Positions 40,218 through 49,704 of a stretch of 64,000 bases of DNA are shown piece after piece. Origin of the DNA: Bdellovibrionales bacterium (GTDB taxonomy: Bacteria > Bdellovibrionota > Bdellovibrionia > Bdellovibrionales > UBA1609); contig OZ241877.1 of the NCBI GenBank assembly GCA_965203095.1, forward strand, positions 384,001-448,000, written 5' to 3'. Under the pieces are notes generated by a model that had not been told where the DNA came from, searched no databases, and was given only the letters and a program-made list of their open reading frames with translations. Made by a program: the position numbers and the translations under genes. The number at the start of each line of letters is the position of its first letter. Within the stretch, counting starts at the first letter, position 1.

Positions 40218-40293
40218 AAAACCTCCTTTATTTGACTAATATGAAATAAAATTATAAATAATTTTATAGTATTTTTAGAAAAAATCAAGTTTT

Positions 40294-40785
40294 ATGGAAT
40301 CAGAAAAAACCAAATCTTGGATCTACAAATGCCTGAAGGGGGATAAACCTAACATTCCCTTGGAAAACCTTGAAGAAGAGGACCTTGAGGATTGGACTTA
40401 TGAATTTTTACTTGATCTTCGCTCTATTTTTGAGAATTTCATCCAGGCCTTTGAAGAACTGAAAACCAAGGATGGCCCGCCAGATATGGCGGAAAAGCTT
40501 AAAAGTTCCCTATTTATTTATGACTTGGCCGATAAAAAGGGCTTTATGCTGTTCAGGAAGGAAGGCTATCGGCTAACTTTCTCTTATGTTCGCCCCGGTT
40601 GTATAAGGGTTCATTTTTTCAAGCAAAATCCTTTTTCTGAGCCCGAAAGCTTTGTGGACAGCCACATAAGAGCACTTACCAATGACACACTGTCTATCAA
40701 CTGGGTCCATGAGGGGCGAAAAGGCTTTGTGGATATTCAGGTTTTGGCCCGTTATTATATGAAACGTTTTCTCCAAGAAATTTAA
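40294..40785 (+). CDS. Hypothetical protein
   Basis: 163-aa ORF with IYDLAD..GFMLFR.GYRL.F segment; no family named. Confidence 0.65.
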   Translation: MESEKTKSWIYKCLKGDKPNIPLENLEEEDLEDWTYEFLLDLRSIFENFIQAFEELKTKDGPPDMAEKLKSSLFIYDLADKKGFMLFRKEGYRLTFSYVRPGCIRVHFFKQNPFSEPESFVDSHIRALTNDTLSINWVHEGRKGFVDIQVLARYYMKRFLQEI

Positions 40786-40798
40786 AATACTGGTAAGT

Positions 40799-41224
40799 TT
40801 ATCGTTTTGAGTATTGAGGGCTTTTTCTGGCTTTGTGATGGCCATACTTTTTTCGCTCAACCATTCGAGAATCCCTTGTCAGAAAACCCTTTTGCTTAAG
40901 GGCCGGACGATGCTCTGCAGAATGCTCTATCAAAGCCCTGGACAAACCATGGCGGATAGCTTCAGCTTGACTTGAAAAGCCCCCTCCCTTCACCGTGACC
41001 ATTATATCAAAGGATTTTTGCAAACTTAAGGTTTCAAGAGGGGCCAAAACCGCCTGTATCTGTTGGGGCTGAGTAAAGTATTTTTTGAGATCAATAAAGC
41101 CCTTTTCTTTACCCTTATTTTTTTTAATACGAAAAAGCCCCTGCCCCGGTTTTACAAAAACCCGTGCCGAGCTGGTTTTCCTCCTGCCCGTTCCGTAAAA
41201 ATAAGTCTTTTTTCCTGCTAACAT
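40799..41224 (-). CDS. rpsI: 30S ribosomal protein S9
   Basis: GTGRRKTSSARV, GGG.SSQAEAIRHG, LTRDSRMVERKKYG, QYSKR. Confidence 0.98.
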   Translation of the reverse strand: MLAGKKTYFYGTGRRKTSSARVFVKPGQGLFRIKKNKGKEKGFIDLKKYFTQPQQIQAVLAPLETLSLQKSFDIMVTVKGGGFSSQAEAIRHGLSRALIEHSAEHRPALKQKGFLTRDSRMVERKKYGHHKARKSPQYSKR

Positions 41225-41236
41225 AAGGATCTCTTT

Positions 41237-41662
41237 TTAATTAAAAAGCAATTCTTTTGGCTTTTTATCTTGGTATTTGTGATGGGAATCCTTAAAAATT
41301 TTTAACCGTTTAAGGGCTTTTGACCTGTGCTTGTTTTTAGGCAACATCCCCGAAACGGCCTTTTTGAGCAGTTCCTCAGAAGGCATATCCTTGGCCTTTT
41401 TCTCTTTAAGCGAACCGATAAAACGGGAATGCCTATAATAACTTTTTTGCAATAGCTTTTTCCCCGTCAATTTGATTTTATCTGAATTGATGACAATCAC
41501 AAAATCCCCTCCCATCACATGAGGAGTAAATTGAGCTTTGTCCTTCCCTATTAAAATTTTTGCCACCCGGCTGGCCAAACGGCCCAGGGGTTTTCCCTCC
41601 GCATCCAATATTCTCCATCCTCTTTTTACATCCTCATCTTTTTGAGACCATGTTTTTGACAT
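41237..41662 (-). CDS. rplM: 50S ribosomal protein L13
   Basis: W.ILDAEGKPLGRLAS, GDFVIVIN, AVSGMLPKN; start set at the ATG with a GGAGG RBS. Confidence 0.97.
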   Translation of the reverse strand: MSKTWSQKDEDVKRGWRILDAEGKPLGRLASRVAKILIGKDKAQFTPHVMGGDFVIVINSDKIKLTGKKLLQKSYYRHSRFIGSLKEKKAKDMPSEELLKKAVSGMLPKNKHRSKALKRLKIFKDSHHKYQDKKPKELLFN

Positions 41663-41684
41663 TGCTCCTCCTGAAAAGAGTTTT

Positions 41685-42455
41685 TTACAATTTAGTGGAA
41701 GCTCTGTCAAGACTTAGAGGATAAAAGACTTTTTTTAAATAAAGCCCTTGTCCGGGAGCGGTTTTTCCTGCTGTTCTTCGATCTTCAGCCTTTAATATGC
41801 TTTTAAATTGTTTTTCAGGAGTCTTTTCCTTTAAAAGATCGATATAAGTCCCCACTAAATTTCTCACCATCTGTTTTAAAAATCCTGATCCAGTGATTTT
41901 GTAGCAATAAAAAGAAGGGGATATACGCACCCATTGGGATTGATATATCTTTCTCACAGTGTCCTTAACTGGAGAACCCGAACTTTGAAAGCTTTTAAAA
42001 TTTTTAAGCCCTAAGATAAGAACAGCTATTTTGTTGAGTTGTTTTAAGGGCAAATCGCCTTTTTTCCACCAGATCAGGTCTTGAAACAAGACGGGAGGGC
42101 TTTCCCCCGTCCAAATAAAATACCAATAGCTCTTTTTTTTCGCACTGAATCGAGCATGAAAATCCTCCGGCACTCGCCAGCAATCTAAAACCGCTATATC
42201 ATTAGGCAAGTAGTAATTGAGAGCCTGACTCAGAGGGATTTTTTTAAATAAGCTTGCCTCTATCTCAAAATGAGCGGTTTGCCCCAGGGCATGAACGCCG
42301 GTGTCCGTTCGGCCAGAACCAATAATAGGGATTTTTTTTTTAAATAGTTGAAACAAAGCCTTTTCCATTTCCCCCTGGACTGTCCTTTTGCCCACCTGTT
42401 TTTGCCAGCCAAAAAAAAGGCTACCTTTATAGGATAAGAGGAGTCTTACTTTCAT
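41685..42455 (-). CDS. truA: tRNA pseudouridine(38-40) synthase
   Basis: YKGSLFFGWQ, GSGRTDTGVHA, FHARF, GFLKQMVR, TAPGQGL. Confidence 0.95.
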   Translation of the reverse strand: MKVRLLLSYKGSLFFGWQKQVGKRTVQGEMEKALFQLFKKKIPIIGSGRTDTGVHALGQTAHFEIEASLFKKIPLSQALNYYLPNDIAVLDCWRVPEDFHARFSAKKKSYWYFIWTGESPPVLFQDLIWWKKGDLPLKQLNKIAVLILGLKNFKSFQSSGSPVKDTVRKIYQSQWVRISPSFYCYKITGSGFLKQMVRNLVGTYIDLLKEKTPEKQFKSILKAEDRRTAGKTAPGQGLYLKKVFYPLSLDRASTKL

Positions 42456-42459
42456 CAAA

Positions 42460-43122
42460 TCAAAAGGATATTTGAAGGCCCAAATCACAAAGGGGGTATT
42501 TGAAGGCTCTGCTCTTCTTCATAAGGTCATAATGCAAGCACTCTGCCCGGAGGCCCATGTCATTGATCCCATAATCTTGATCCAAGGAATAGACACCGGA
42601 CCGATCCAACAATTTAAAACTCAGGAAAAAACCATAAGACAAATAATGGTTCAGATCCCTTTTGTCATTAGATACGCGAGGCTCAGCTTGAGATCGACAT
42701 ATTGACCTCGCAAGCCCTCCCCCTACAAAAGCTTGAATGTCCTCTAAGTAAGCCATTTTTGCAGTCAAACCCAAATGATAAGCTATGGGATAAGCTGTCC
42801 GACAGAGATTATAGTTTTCTCCCTCAGACCCCTTTAACCATTTAAAAAAATGAGAACCGATTTGAAGTCCAGGGACAAAAACTTTTTCATAACCTGATGG
42901 CAAAACAGATTCTATTTCTGGAAAATACAAGTTGTATTTGATAAAAAAAGCCGGAAAGTTGCTAAAAAAATCCTTTTTCCACTCAAAGCTACCGGTGAAG
43001 ATGGAAAAACCAGTCATCAGCTCATGCCTTTCCGTTGAGGGCTGGGGCTTGTATTGGATTTGCCCTTGTAAAGACATAGGCAAAATAAAACAGAGGCTAA
43101 AAAGAATTTTTTTGATCCTCAT
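42460..43122 (-). CDS. Hypothetical secreted / outer-membrane beta-strand protein
   Basis: Signal-like N-terminus after an AAGGAGG RBS; amphipathic strands; ends GLQISF. Confidence 0.55.
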   Translation of the reverse strand: MRIKKILFSLCFILPMSLQGQIQYKPQPSTERHELMTGFSIFTGSFEWKKDFFSNFPAFFIKYNLYFPEIESVLPSGYEKVFVPGLQIGSHFFKWLKGSEGENYNLCRTAYPIAYHLGLTAKMAYLEDIQAFVGGGLARSICRSQAEPRVSNDKRDLNHYLSYGFFLSFKLLDRSGVYSLDQDYGINDMGLRAECLHYDLMKKSRAFKYPLCDLGLQISF

Positions 43123-43214
43123 AAAAACCCTCCTTAGGGAGCGGTTTTGTTGAAGTGAGCTTATGCCCTTTTTTTGCCTAAAAATAGAATTTTTCCTATA
43201 GTTATTACTGCAAC

Positions 43215-44186
43215 TCATTTAAGCTCCCATAGCTTTTCAGCAATTTGCAAGCCATTGAGGCTGGCCCCTTTTAAAAGATTATCAGCCACTAAGCACATTA
43301 GCCAAGAGTTTTCTCCAAAACTGTCTTTATGGATGCGACCGGCAAAAACCCCTTTTTTGCCAGAGGACTGGCGGGCATGGGGGGGAGGATCCAAAACAAA
43401 GACATGGGGGGAAAGGGCAGAGGCTATCTCCTCTTTTGAGGAAGGGCTTTTTTTGAGAGAAAAGCGGATCACTTCAGAATGCCCATTAAGGCAGGGCACA
43501 CGAACAGTCCATGCAGAGATGGGAAGTTTTGGCAGATTTAAAATTTTCCGGCTCTCGGACATAATTTTCATTTCTTCCTGACAAAAACCTTCAGAGTTTA
43601 TAGGGCCTATAAAGGGAACACAGTTGAAGGCATAGCTTATTTCTTCCTTTTCATAAGGCTCTTTTCCATCTAAAATATTTTGGCTTTCCTGCTTTAAGCT
43701 TTCAAGAGCAGGCCCCCCAGCCCCACTGATGGACTGCAAACTCAGCACATGAACCGACTCCAAACCAAAAGCCTTGTGAAGAGCCTGAAGAGCCACAACC
43801 AACTGAATAGTTGAACAGTTAGGGTTGGATATGATTTGAGGCTTATAGCTTAAAAGATGGGCATTGATTTCCGGAACAATTAAGAGCTTTTGAGGATCTG
43901 AGCGAAAGGCGGAGGAGTTATCAATCACAATCACCCCCTTTTTGAGGGCCAGAGGGCACCATGTCCGGCTAACTTCCTCCCCGGCGGAAAAAAAGCAAAT
44001 ATCCAAAGCCTCAAAACCTTCCTCACTCAGGCTTTGGCTCCTTTGTTTTTTTCCAGAAAAAAAGCAAGTTTTAGCTGTCCGAGAAAAAAGCCGGAGTTCA
44101 TGAATGGGGAATGAAGGCTTTTGTTCTAAAAGCTTTAAAAAATTTTGGCCCACTAAACCAGTGGCACCTACAACTCCTATTTTCAT
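43215..44186 (-). CDS. asd: Aspartate-semialdehyde dehydrogenase
   Basis: VVGATGLVG, IDNSSAFR, NPNCSTIQ, QSISGAG, RVP..GHS, DNLLKGA. Confidence 0.95.
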   Translation of the reverse strand: MKIGVVGATGLVGQNFLKLLEQKPSFPIHELRLFSRTAKTCFFSGKKQRSQSLSEEGFEALDICFFSAGEEVSRTWCPLALKKGVIVIDNSSAFRSDPQKLLIVPEINAHLLSYKPQIISNPNCSTIQLVVALQALHKAFGLESVHVLSLQSISGAGGPALESLKQESQNILDGKEPYEKEEISYAFNCVPFIGPINSEGFCQEEMKIMSESRKILNLPKLPISAWTVRVPCLNGHSEVIRFSLKKSPSSKEEIASALSPHVFVLDPPPHARQSSGKKGVFAGRIHKDSFGENSWLMCLVADNLLKGASLNGLQIAEKLWELK

Positions 44187-44301
44187 AAAAAAATATTTTT
44201 CCTCCTCATTCCTATTAGTCTATTTTTTTCTAAAATATGTCAAGAGTTGAAAGGGCTTGTTAAAAAAGCCAAACAGCTATACTTTAAAAAAACCAGCTTT
44301 T

Positions 44302-44378
44302 CGGACCGTAGCGCAGCCCGGTAGCGTGCCACCATGGGGCGGTGGAGGTCGCAGGTTCAAATCCTGTCGGTCCGACCA
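44302..44378 (+). tRNA. tRNA-Pro (anticodon GGG)
   Basis: Acceptor cggaccg/cggtccg, anticodon arm ccacc-atggggc-ggtgg, T-loop ggttcaaatcc, encoded CCA. Confidence 0.97.
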
Positions 44379-44547
44379 TTTTTTATAAAAATAAGATTCC
44401 TAAGATTCCCGTTTTCACAGAAATAACAAAGTTTCGCGGAAATAAAATAAAAAAAGTTGTATTTTTATTGCCTGGCCCACTGTCTTATAGTATTCGTCAA
44501 ACAAAACTGAGGGAGTTGAAAATTTATTTAATAAGGAGGAAGGCTTT

Positions 44548-44718
44548 ATGGCTGTGCCTAAGAAAAGAACCAGCAGATCCCGCCGAGGCATGAGGAGATC
44601 TCACAGGGCATTGGCCTTTCATGGTTTAAGTAGCTGTTCCCACTGCCGGGCACCAGTGAGGCCACATCATCTCTGCCTATCCTGTGGCCATTACAAAAAT
44701 AGGCCGATTTTAGCTTAA
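44548..44718 (+). CDS. rpmF: 50S ribosomal protein L32 (Zn-ribbon type); absent from the ORF track
   Basis: Translates MAVPKKRTSRSRRGMRRSH…CSHC…PHHLCLSCGHYK…*; AAGGAGG RBS. Confidence 0.95.
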   Translation: MAVPKKRTSRSRRGMRRSHRALAFHGLSSCSHCRAPVRPHHLCLSCGHYKNRPILA

Positions 44719-44736
44719 TTTTTAAGAGAGAAGGCA

Positions 44737-44970
44737 ATGGACATTCAAAAAGAAGTGATGAGTTTAATTGCCAAACAACTGAATCTACAGTTAAAAGATA
44801 TAAAAATGAGCAATGCATTCATTACCGATCTGAAAGCAGACAGCCTGGATGTGGTGGAGTTGGTCATGTCCCTGGAGGAAAAGTTTGGCATTTCCATCCC
44901 TGATGAAGAGGCAGAAAAGCTGGAAACCATCCAAAAAATGGTGGATTATATTAAAAAGCAAAAATCTTAA
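44737..44970 (+). CDS. acpP: Acyl carrier protein
   Basis: DLKADSLDVVELVM.LEEKF. Confidence 0.95.
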   Translation: MDIQKEVMSLIAKQLNLQLKDIKMSNAFITDLKADSLDVVELVMSLEEKFGISIPDEEAEKLETIQKMVDYIKKQKS

Positions 44971-44986
44971 AATTTTTTAAAAAAGC

Positions 44987-45430
44987 ATGCTCCCCTACTC
45001 TCTTCCCCTTTTAATAGCTTCTGATCATGCCGGTTGGCCTTTAAAGCAAGAACTAAAAAAATATCGAAGGGGCCTCCAATGGAAAGACCTGGGTTGCCAC
45101 AGCAAAAAACGAACCGATTATCCTGACTATGCCCAACGGCTTTGCCAGGCCTTACAAAAAAATATGATAGGGGTTTTAATTTGTGGTTCCGGGCAGGGAA
45201 TGTGCATACAGGCCAACCGCTACCCACATATCCGTGCGGCACTCTGCTGGGATGAAAACACCGCCAAACTCTCTAAAGCTCATAACAAAGCCAATGTCCT
45301 TTGCCTTCCGGGGCGAATATTGCCCCCCTCTACAGCCCTTAAAATTTTAGATTGTTTTTTAAAAACAGATTTTGACTCCCAAGAGGACTATAAAAGAAGG
45401 GTAAAAAAACTTTCGCCCCAAGCTTTTTAA
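44987..45430 (+). CDS. rpiB: Ribose-5-phosphate isomerase B
   Basis: ASDHAG, DYPDYA, ICGSGQG, ANR, HNKANVL. Confidence 0.92.
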   Translation: MLPYSLPLLIASDHAGWPLKQELKKYRRGLQWKDLGCHSKKRTDYPDYAQRLCQALQKNMIGVLICGSGQGMCIQANRYPHIRAALCWDENTAKLSKAHNKANVLCLPGRILPPSTALKILDCFLKTDFDSQEDYKRRVKKLSPQAF

Positions 45431-45436
45431 AAATAT

Positions 45437-45871
45437 TTAGAGCGAAAGTTTTCTTAAAATCTCCTCCTCAAAACCTTTGTAAAAAAGAAAATTTCTTAAA
45501 CGGAGAGCCTTTTCCTTATCGGATAACTGGCCCAAGGTGAGGCTTTTTTTTGATAGTAAATTTTTAGCCTTCTCCAATTCTCTATCTTCATCGTAAGGAG
45601 GGATAGGAAGACCTTTTTGAAAAAGAAAATTTTTCATATATCTCCAACTTTTATTTTTTTTGTGCAGGCTCTCAACTACTTTTTCACAAAGATCCTTTTC
45701 CGACTCTATCCATTTTTTTTGCTGAGCCTCTTTTAAAGCTTGCTCTATTACTAAGGAAGAAAACTTTTTAGAAAGCTTAAAAACTATCTCTTTTTTTGAA
45801 TGAGAGCGACGGCTCAAAAGATCAGCAATTTTTTTTAAAGCTTTTTTTTGATCTGTTGATTTTTCTGGCAT
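45437..45871 (-). CDS. recX: Regulatory protein RecX
   Basis: LLSRRSHSKKEI…KL, LF.KG repeats, FLFYKGF; start at the ATG with a GGAGG RBS. Confidence 0.75.
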   Translation of the reverse strand: MPEKSTDQKKALKKIADLLSRRSHSKKEIVFKLSKKFSSLVIEQALKEAQQKKWIESEKDLCEKVVESLHKKNKSWRYMKNFLFQKGLPIPPYDEDRELEKAKNLLSKKSLTLGQLSDKEKALRLRNFLFYKGFEEEILRKLSL

Positions 45872-45906
45872 ACCTCCGCTCTCCTTTAGTTCAGGGTATT
45901 GTAAAG

Positions 45907-45950
45907 GGCCTTGGGGCAAACTAAAGAATAGGCTTTTTAGCAAGCTTTTT
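45907..45950. repeat. Fragment of the long repeat family upstream of recX
   Basis: ggccttggggcaaactaaagaataggctttttagcaagcttt versus 36044-36089 ggcctttgggcaaagaacctaaagaataggctttttaacaagcttt. Confidence 0.7.
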
Positions 45951-45964
45951 CAAGATCGCCCCAT

Positions 45965-47335
45965 TTAAGAACCTCTTTTCTGAATAAAAAAACTCCCCTT
46001 TTGATAAAATTCAAAACCCTCCCTCTTTAAATCCTCCGTAGGGAAAAGCCCTCTCCCATCCACAAGCAAAGGCCGAGCGAGCTTTTTTTTGATAACTCCC
46101 AAGGGGATTTTAAATTCATCCCAATCCGAGGCAACGATTAAGGCTTGCCGGGCAGGGAGTGCGTCCAAAGCCTTTTTATGAAAAAACAGCTTTCCAGCAA
46201 AAATTTTCTTCCTTAAAAACTTTATAGAATCTTCTTGAAATGAGTTCCGGTTTTTATCTAAAAACATAAAAACTCTCTCTTTAACAAAAAGAGGATCATA
46301 TACATGACACTCTGCCCCTGCCCTCAAAAGCCGGCAGAGCAAGGCCAAAGCTGGAGAGTTTTTTAAATCATCTGTCCCCTTTTTAAAACTGATCCCATAA
46401 AAGGCCAGAGTGCTTTTTCTTAATTGAAGAATTTTTTTTATCACTTTAAAAAAATCAAGATAAAGAGAGGAGTTGATTTTTTGAGCACTTTTAAGCAATC
46501 TCATTTTGTGGCCATAAGCTTTCCCCTCGTAAAGGCTTAAAGCCACATCCTTAGGAAGACAAGTCCCCCCATAACCCAAACCGGGGGTTAAAAAGCCCTT
46601 CCCCATACGAGGATCCGATTCCAAAATCAGCTTTAATTTTTGAGGATTGCCTTGCAAGCTTTCACAAAGTTGACTCCATTCATTGGCAAAACTGATTTTG
46701 ACAGCTAAAAAAGAGTTGCTGGCCAATTTTGAAAGCTCAGCGGTTTCGGGATCAGTTTGAATAATTTTTTTGGGATGGGAAAACTTTTTATAAAGCTCCT
46801 CCAACTTTTGCCCAGTGGCCCGGGTCCTGGCTCCAATCACCAATCTTTCCGGGTTTTTAAGATCACTTAGAGCCTGACCCTGCCGTAAAAACTCTGGGCA
46901 GGTGATAATATTCAGAGTTTTCTTGTCTTTGAGCTTATCTTGAAGTTTCCGATTTGTCCCCAAAGGCAAAGTGCTTTTAATAATTAAAAACTGTTCCTTT
47001 TGTCTTTTCGAGAGAGTGGCCTGTTGAACAGCCATTTTAACCCAACAAAAAACCTCATGGAGATCCAATTCTCCTGATTTTTTAACAGGAGTATTCAAAC
47101 AGAAAAAAATAAAATCATTGGATAAAATATCCCTTTTAGATTCAGTCCAAAACATATTGGCTTGATTTTGTTTTATCAGATCTTTCAATTCAGCTGAATA
47201 AGTGAGATCCTGCCCCTTCACAGCCTGTTTTCTCTTGGGGTTTTTATCTGTAATAAAAACTTTACAGCCCGATTCTGCCAAAAGCCCGCCCAAAGGCAGG
47301 CCCACACGGCCTGCACCTATGATTGAAATTTTCAT
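45965..47335 (-). CDS. UDP-glucose/GDP-mannose dehydrogenase
   Basis: IGAGRVG, IKSTLP.G, PEFLRQG, AELSKLASN, GYGGTCLPKD, FKKGTDDL. Confidence 0.92.
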   Translation of the reverse strand: MKISIIGAGRVGLPLGGLLAESGCKVFITDKNPKRKQAVKGQDLTYSAELKDLIKQNQANMFWTESKRDILSNDFIFFCLNTPVKKSGELDLHEVFCWVKMAVQQATLSKRQKEQFLIIKSTLPLGTNRKLQDKLKDKKTLNIITCPEFLRQGQALSDLKNPERLVIGARTRATGQKLEELYKKFSHPKKIIQTDPETAELSKLASNSFLAVKISFANEWSQLCESLQGNPQKLKLILESDPRMGKGFLTPGLGYGGTCLPKDVALSLYEGKAYGHKMRLLKSAQKINSSLYLDFFKVIKKILQLRKSTLAFYGISFKKGTDDLKNSPALALLCRLLRAGAECHVYDPLFVKERVFMFLDKNRNSFQEDSIKFLRKKIFAGKLFFHKKALDALPARQALIVASDWDEFKIPLGVIKKKLARPLLVDGRGLFPTEDLKREGFEFYQKGSFFIQKRGS

Positions 47336-47380
47336 AACTTTAAGAGATAATCACAGTTCAGTAAAAAAGTTAAGGCCAAA

Positions 47381-47962
47381 ATGTTTTTAAGGGATCGAGT
47401 TATTGTTTTAAAAAATCATGCTTTTTCTGAGTCGGATCTGATCATTCGAGGGATCAACTCTAAAGGTTGTCAGCTCTCTTTTATAGCTAAGGGGGCTTTA
47501 AAAAGCAAAAGGCGATTTTCCGGAGCTGTATTAGAGCCTACCGCCTATATCGAGCTGGAATATCGCCCATCTAAAAGAGCCTTGCACAATCTCCGTGAGG
47601 CCTGGCTGTTAGAGGATTTTTCCGCCTTGAGAGAGGATTACCTCCGGCTCCAAACCGCACTTTACTTTGTCCAAGTGACAAGTCGGCTAAGCCATGGGGA
47701 AACAGAAGATTCCAAGGAGCTATTCCACATCCTGGGAAATGCCCTAACCGTCGCACAAACAAGCCCTTGTTTGGATATTCTCAAGATTTGCTTTCAAGAA
47801 AAGGTTTTATTTCTCCAAGGAGTTTTACCCAAAGAGCTTATTATCCCAGAAATTTTAAAAAGCCCTTTAAGCCAGCACAGCCAGATAAAAATAGCGAAAG
47901 AGAGCAAAAACAACCTGCTCCAAAAACTGGATCAAAGCTTTAAGCTTTACTTGGATGGATAA
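47381..47962 (+). CDS. recO: DNA repair protein RecO (short form)
   Basis: ESDLII…IAKGALKSKRRF.GAVLEP. Confidence 0.88.
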   Translation: MFLRDRVIVLKNHAFSESDLIIRGINSKGCQLSFIAKGALKSKRRFSGAVLEPTAYIELEYRPSKRALHNLREAWLLEDFSALREDYLRLQTALYFVQVTSRLSHGETEDSKELFHILGNALTVAQTSPCLDILKICFQEKVLFLQGVLPKELIIPEILKSPLSQHSQIKIAKESKNNLLQKLDQSFKLYLDG

Positions 47963-47981
47963 GGGTAAGGATTTTTTTAGA

Positions 47982-48425
47982 TCAAAATAAAAAGCTTTCT
48001 AACCAAATTTGAAGTTTTTTAATGTAATTTTCAGCAAAAATCAACAAACCTGAGAGAATCATCAAAGACCCATAAATCATTCTCAAATAAAAATTAAGGA
48101 TAAATTTAGAGAACTTCTTAGTGAGAGAGGCCACAAATTGAGGATAAAAAAGCCATAAACTGGCTTTTAATGTGAGGACCCAACCGATAAATGTCACCAC
48201 CACCGTCCAACTCCAATACCAGTCATTGTGAACCCATATAGTGATAAGCCCTAAAAGAAGAAACATGCTCGCCGCTAAATAATTCAAGGTTTCATGTTTT
48301 TCCACCTGAGTGAATGTGTTGTAAAAAGACTGGATGATCCGACCATTGATCATAAGGGCCAAACCCCACAAAATGAGGGCACTGGCTGTGACGCTTTCCA
48401 CTAAAGAATACATGTCAATAAGCAT
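47982..48425 (-). CDS. Small integral membrane protein
   Basis: Four TM segments, HNDW…VVTFIGW..LK..L.LF.P motif. Confidence 0.65.
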   Translation of the reverse strand: MLIDMYSLVESVTASALILWGLALMINGRIIQSFYNTFTQVEKHETLNYLAASMFLLLGLITIWVHNDWYWSWTVVVTFIGWVLTLKASLWLFYPQFVASLTKKFSKFILNFYLRMIYGSLMILSGLLIFAENYIKKLQIWLESFLF

Positions 48426-48527
48426 TTTGAAACCTCTTTTTTATTAAAGGGCCTGCCACTGCCATTTTAGACATAAAAAGCCACAATTTGAGCAAAGCAA
48501 GACTTTTTGTGAATGTCAAACTTTTTT

Positions 48528-49439
48528 TTAATTTTTTATATGCTTTTTAATGTTTTTAGCTAAGCCTTCCAACTGCTTGAGTTGGTCATGTTTTCTCAAT
48601 TTGAGATCTTCAGGATTTTCCCCTTTCAGTAAAGCTTTAATATACCTTTCAAAAGCATAAACGGGGCCATAAATTTTATTTGAGAGGTAAATGAAAAAAA
48701 TACCAATAAAAACACAAATCAAAAATAAAAAGAAAAAGGAATATTTTAAAAAACTAAAGCTGATTTGCCGGATATTGGCAAAATTAGTGATCTGAATAAA
48801 ACCTATAAATTGGTAATTTATTAAAAGGAAAAAAGTAGACAAAATAAAAAAAGCCAAAGCAGAATAACCAATAAATTGAAGCTGATAAGATCTCATGATA
48901 ATCAACTGCTTTCTTCTATCCTCAGGAAAAGTCTTTTTGAGGAAAAAAAACTGAGCAATAATAAGCCCCCAAGCTAAAGTTTGAAAAATATCGGCTAAAT
49001 TAAAGTAAAGATCAAAATCCTTAGAAGGGGACCATTTTATAAAATCCAAAACATAACCATTAAATATTTTATTGACAATGTTGCTTAAAAATCCAGCAAA
49101 TAAAATACTAATCCCCGTTTGTAGGTAAAAGAAAGCTTTAGGGATAAAAATCAAAGAGATCACATAGTAAAAAAGAAATAAGCAGAGAATGGCCGTAAAG
49201 TAAGTGGGGGGCAAAAACGAATCACTACCCAATTTCAAATTCAGGACAAGATCAAAGTTTTTAACAGGTGGAATAAAAGAGAAAGTCAAAAAATCACTCC
49301 CTGGTTCCTTAAAGGAGTGAAAGGCGAATTGCTTGCTTATCTGATCGACAACAACAAGAAATATAAAAATGGAGAGATGAATAATGATATATCGGCTTTT
49401 TAACCATTGGCTTTTGAGTTTCTTAAAAAATAAAGACAT
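48528..49439 (-). CDS. lspA: Lipoprotein signal peptidase II fused to a 2-TM/HAMP-like C-terminal domain
   Basis: DQISK, GYVLDFI, FNLAD catalytic motifs; C-terminal SNKIYGPVYAFER…LRKHD. Confidence 0.75.
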   Translation of the reverse strand: MSLFFKKLKSQWLKSRYIIIHLSIFIFLVVVDQISKQFAFHSFKEPGSDFLTFSFIPPVKNFDLVLNLKLGSDSFLPPTYFTAILCLFLFYYVISLIFIPKAFFYLQTGISILFAGFLSNIVNKIFNGYVLDFIKWSPSKDFDLYFNLADIFQTLAWGLIIAQFFFLKKTFPEDRRKQLIIMRSYQLQFIGYSALAFFILSTFFLLINYQFIGFIQITNFANIRQISFSFLKYSFFFLFLICVFIGIFFIYLSNKIYGPVYAFERYIKALLKGENPEDLKLRKHDQLKQLEGLAKNIKKHIKN

Positions 49440-49512
49440 CGAAAGACCCTCCTTTTAAACAAAACTTTTATAGAAAAAAACCAAAGTCAAGGAGTTTTAA
49501 TAAACTATAATA

Positions 49513-49665
49513 GTCGTCCGTGAAAAAGCTGGACAAAAAACCTCGTCCTCTTTTTCCTGCTTTTGTCCAAAGGCCATTCGGTGCTGGTCCAAGGTATTGT
49601 AATACCGAAATGGAATGGTCCTTTGGACAAAAAAAGTTAAAAAACAAAGGTTTTTCACGGGCGAT
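49513..49665 (+). mobile_element. MITE-like palindromic element, copy 1
   Basis: TIRs gtcgtccgtgaaaaa / tttttcacgggcgat; tataata on both sides (49506-49512, 49666-49672); internal hairpin with a variant core. Confidence 0.85.
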
Positions 49666-49704
49666 TATAATAAACTAAAAAAATAATGCAAGGCAAAAAA
49701 AACC

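Noticed and set aside
44302..44450. tRNA-Pro as the integration site of a genomic island
   Set aside because: No integrase, no repeated tRNA 3' end seen, and housekeeping genes lie on both sides
44342..44818. ORFs 44342-44593 (+) and 44558-44818 (-)
   Set aside because: They overlap tRNA-Pro, rpmF and acpP, which are much better supported
45437..45943. Longer 168-aa start for recX
   Set aside because: The extension runs through a repeat fragment; the ATG at 45871 has a good RBS
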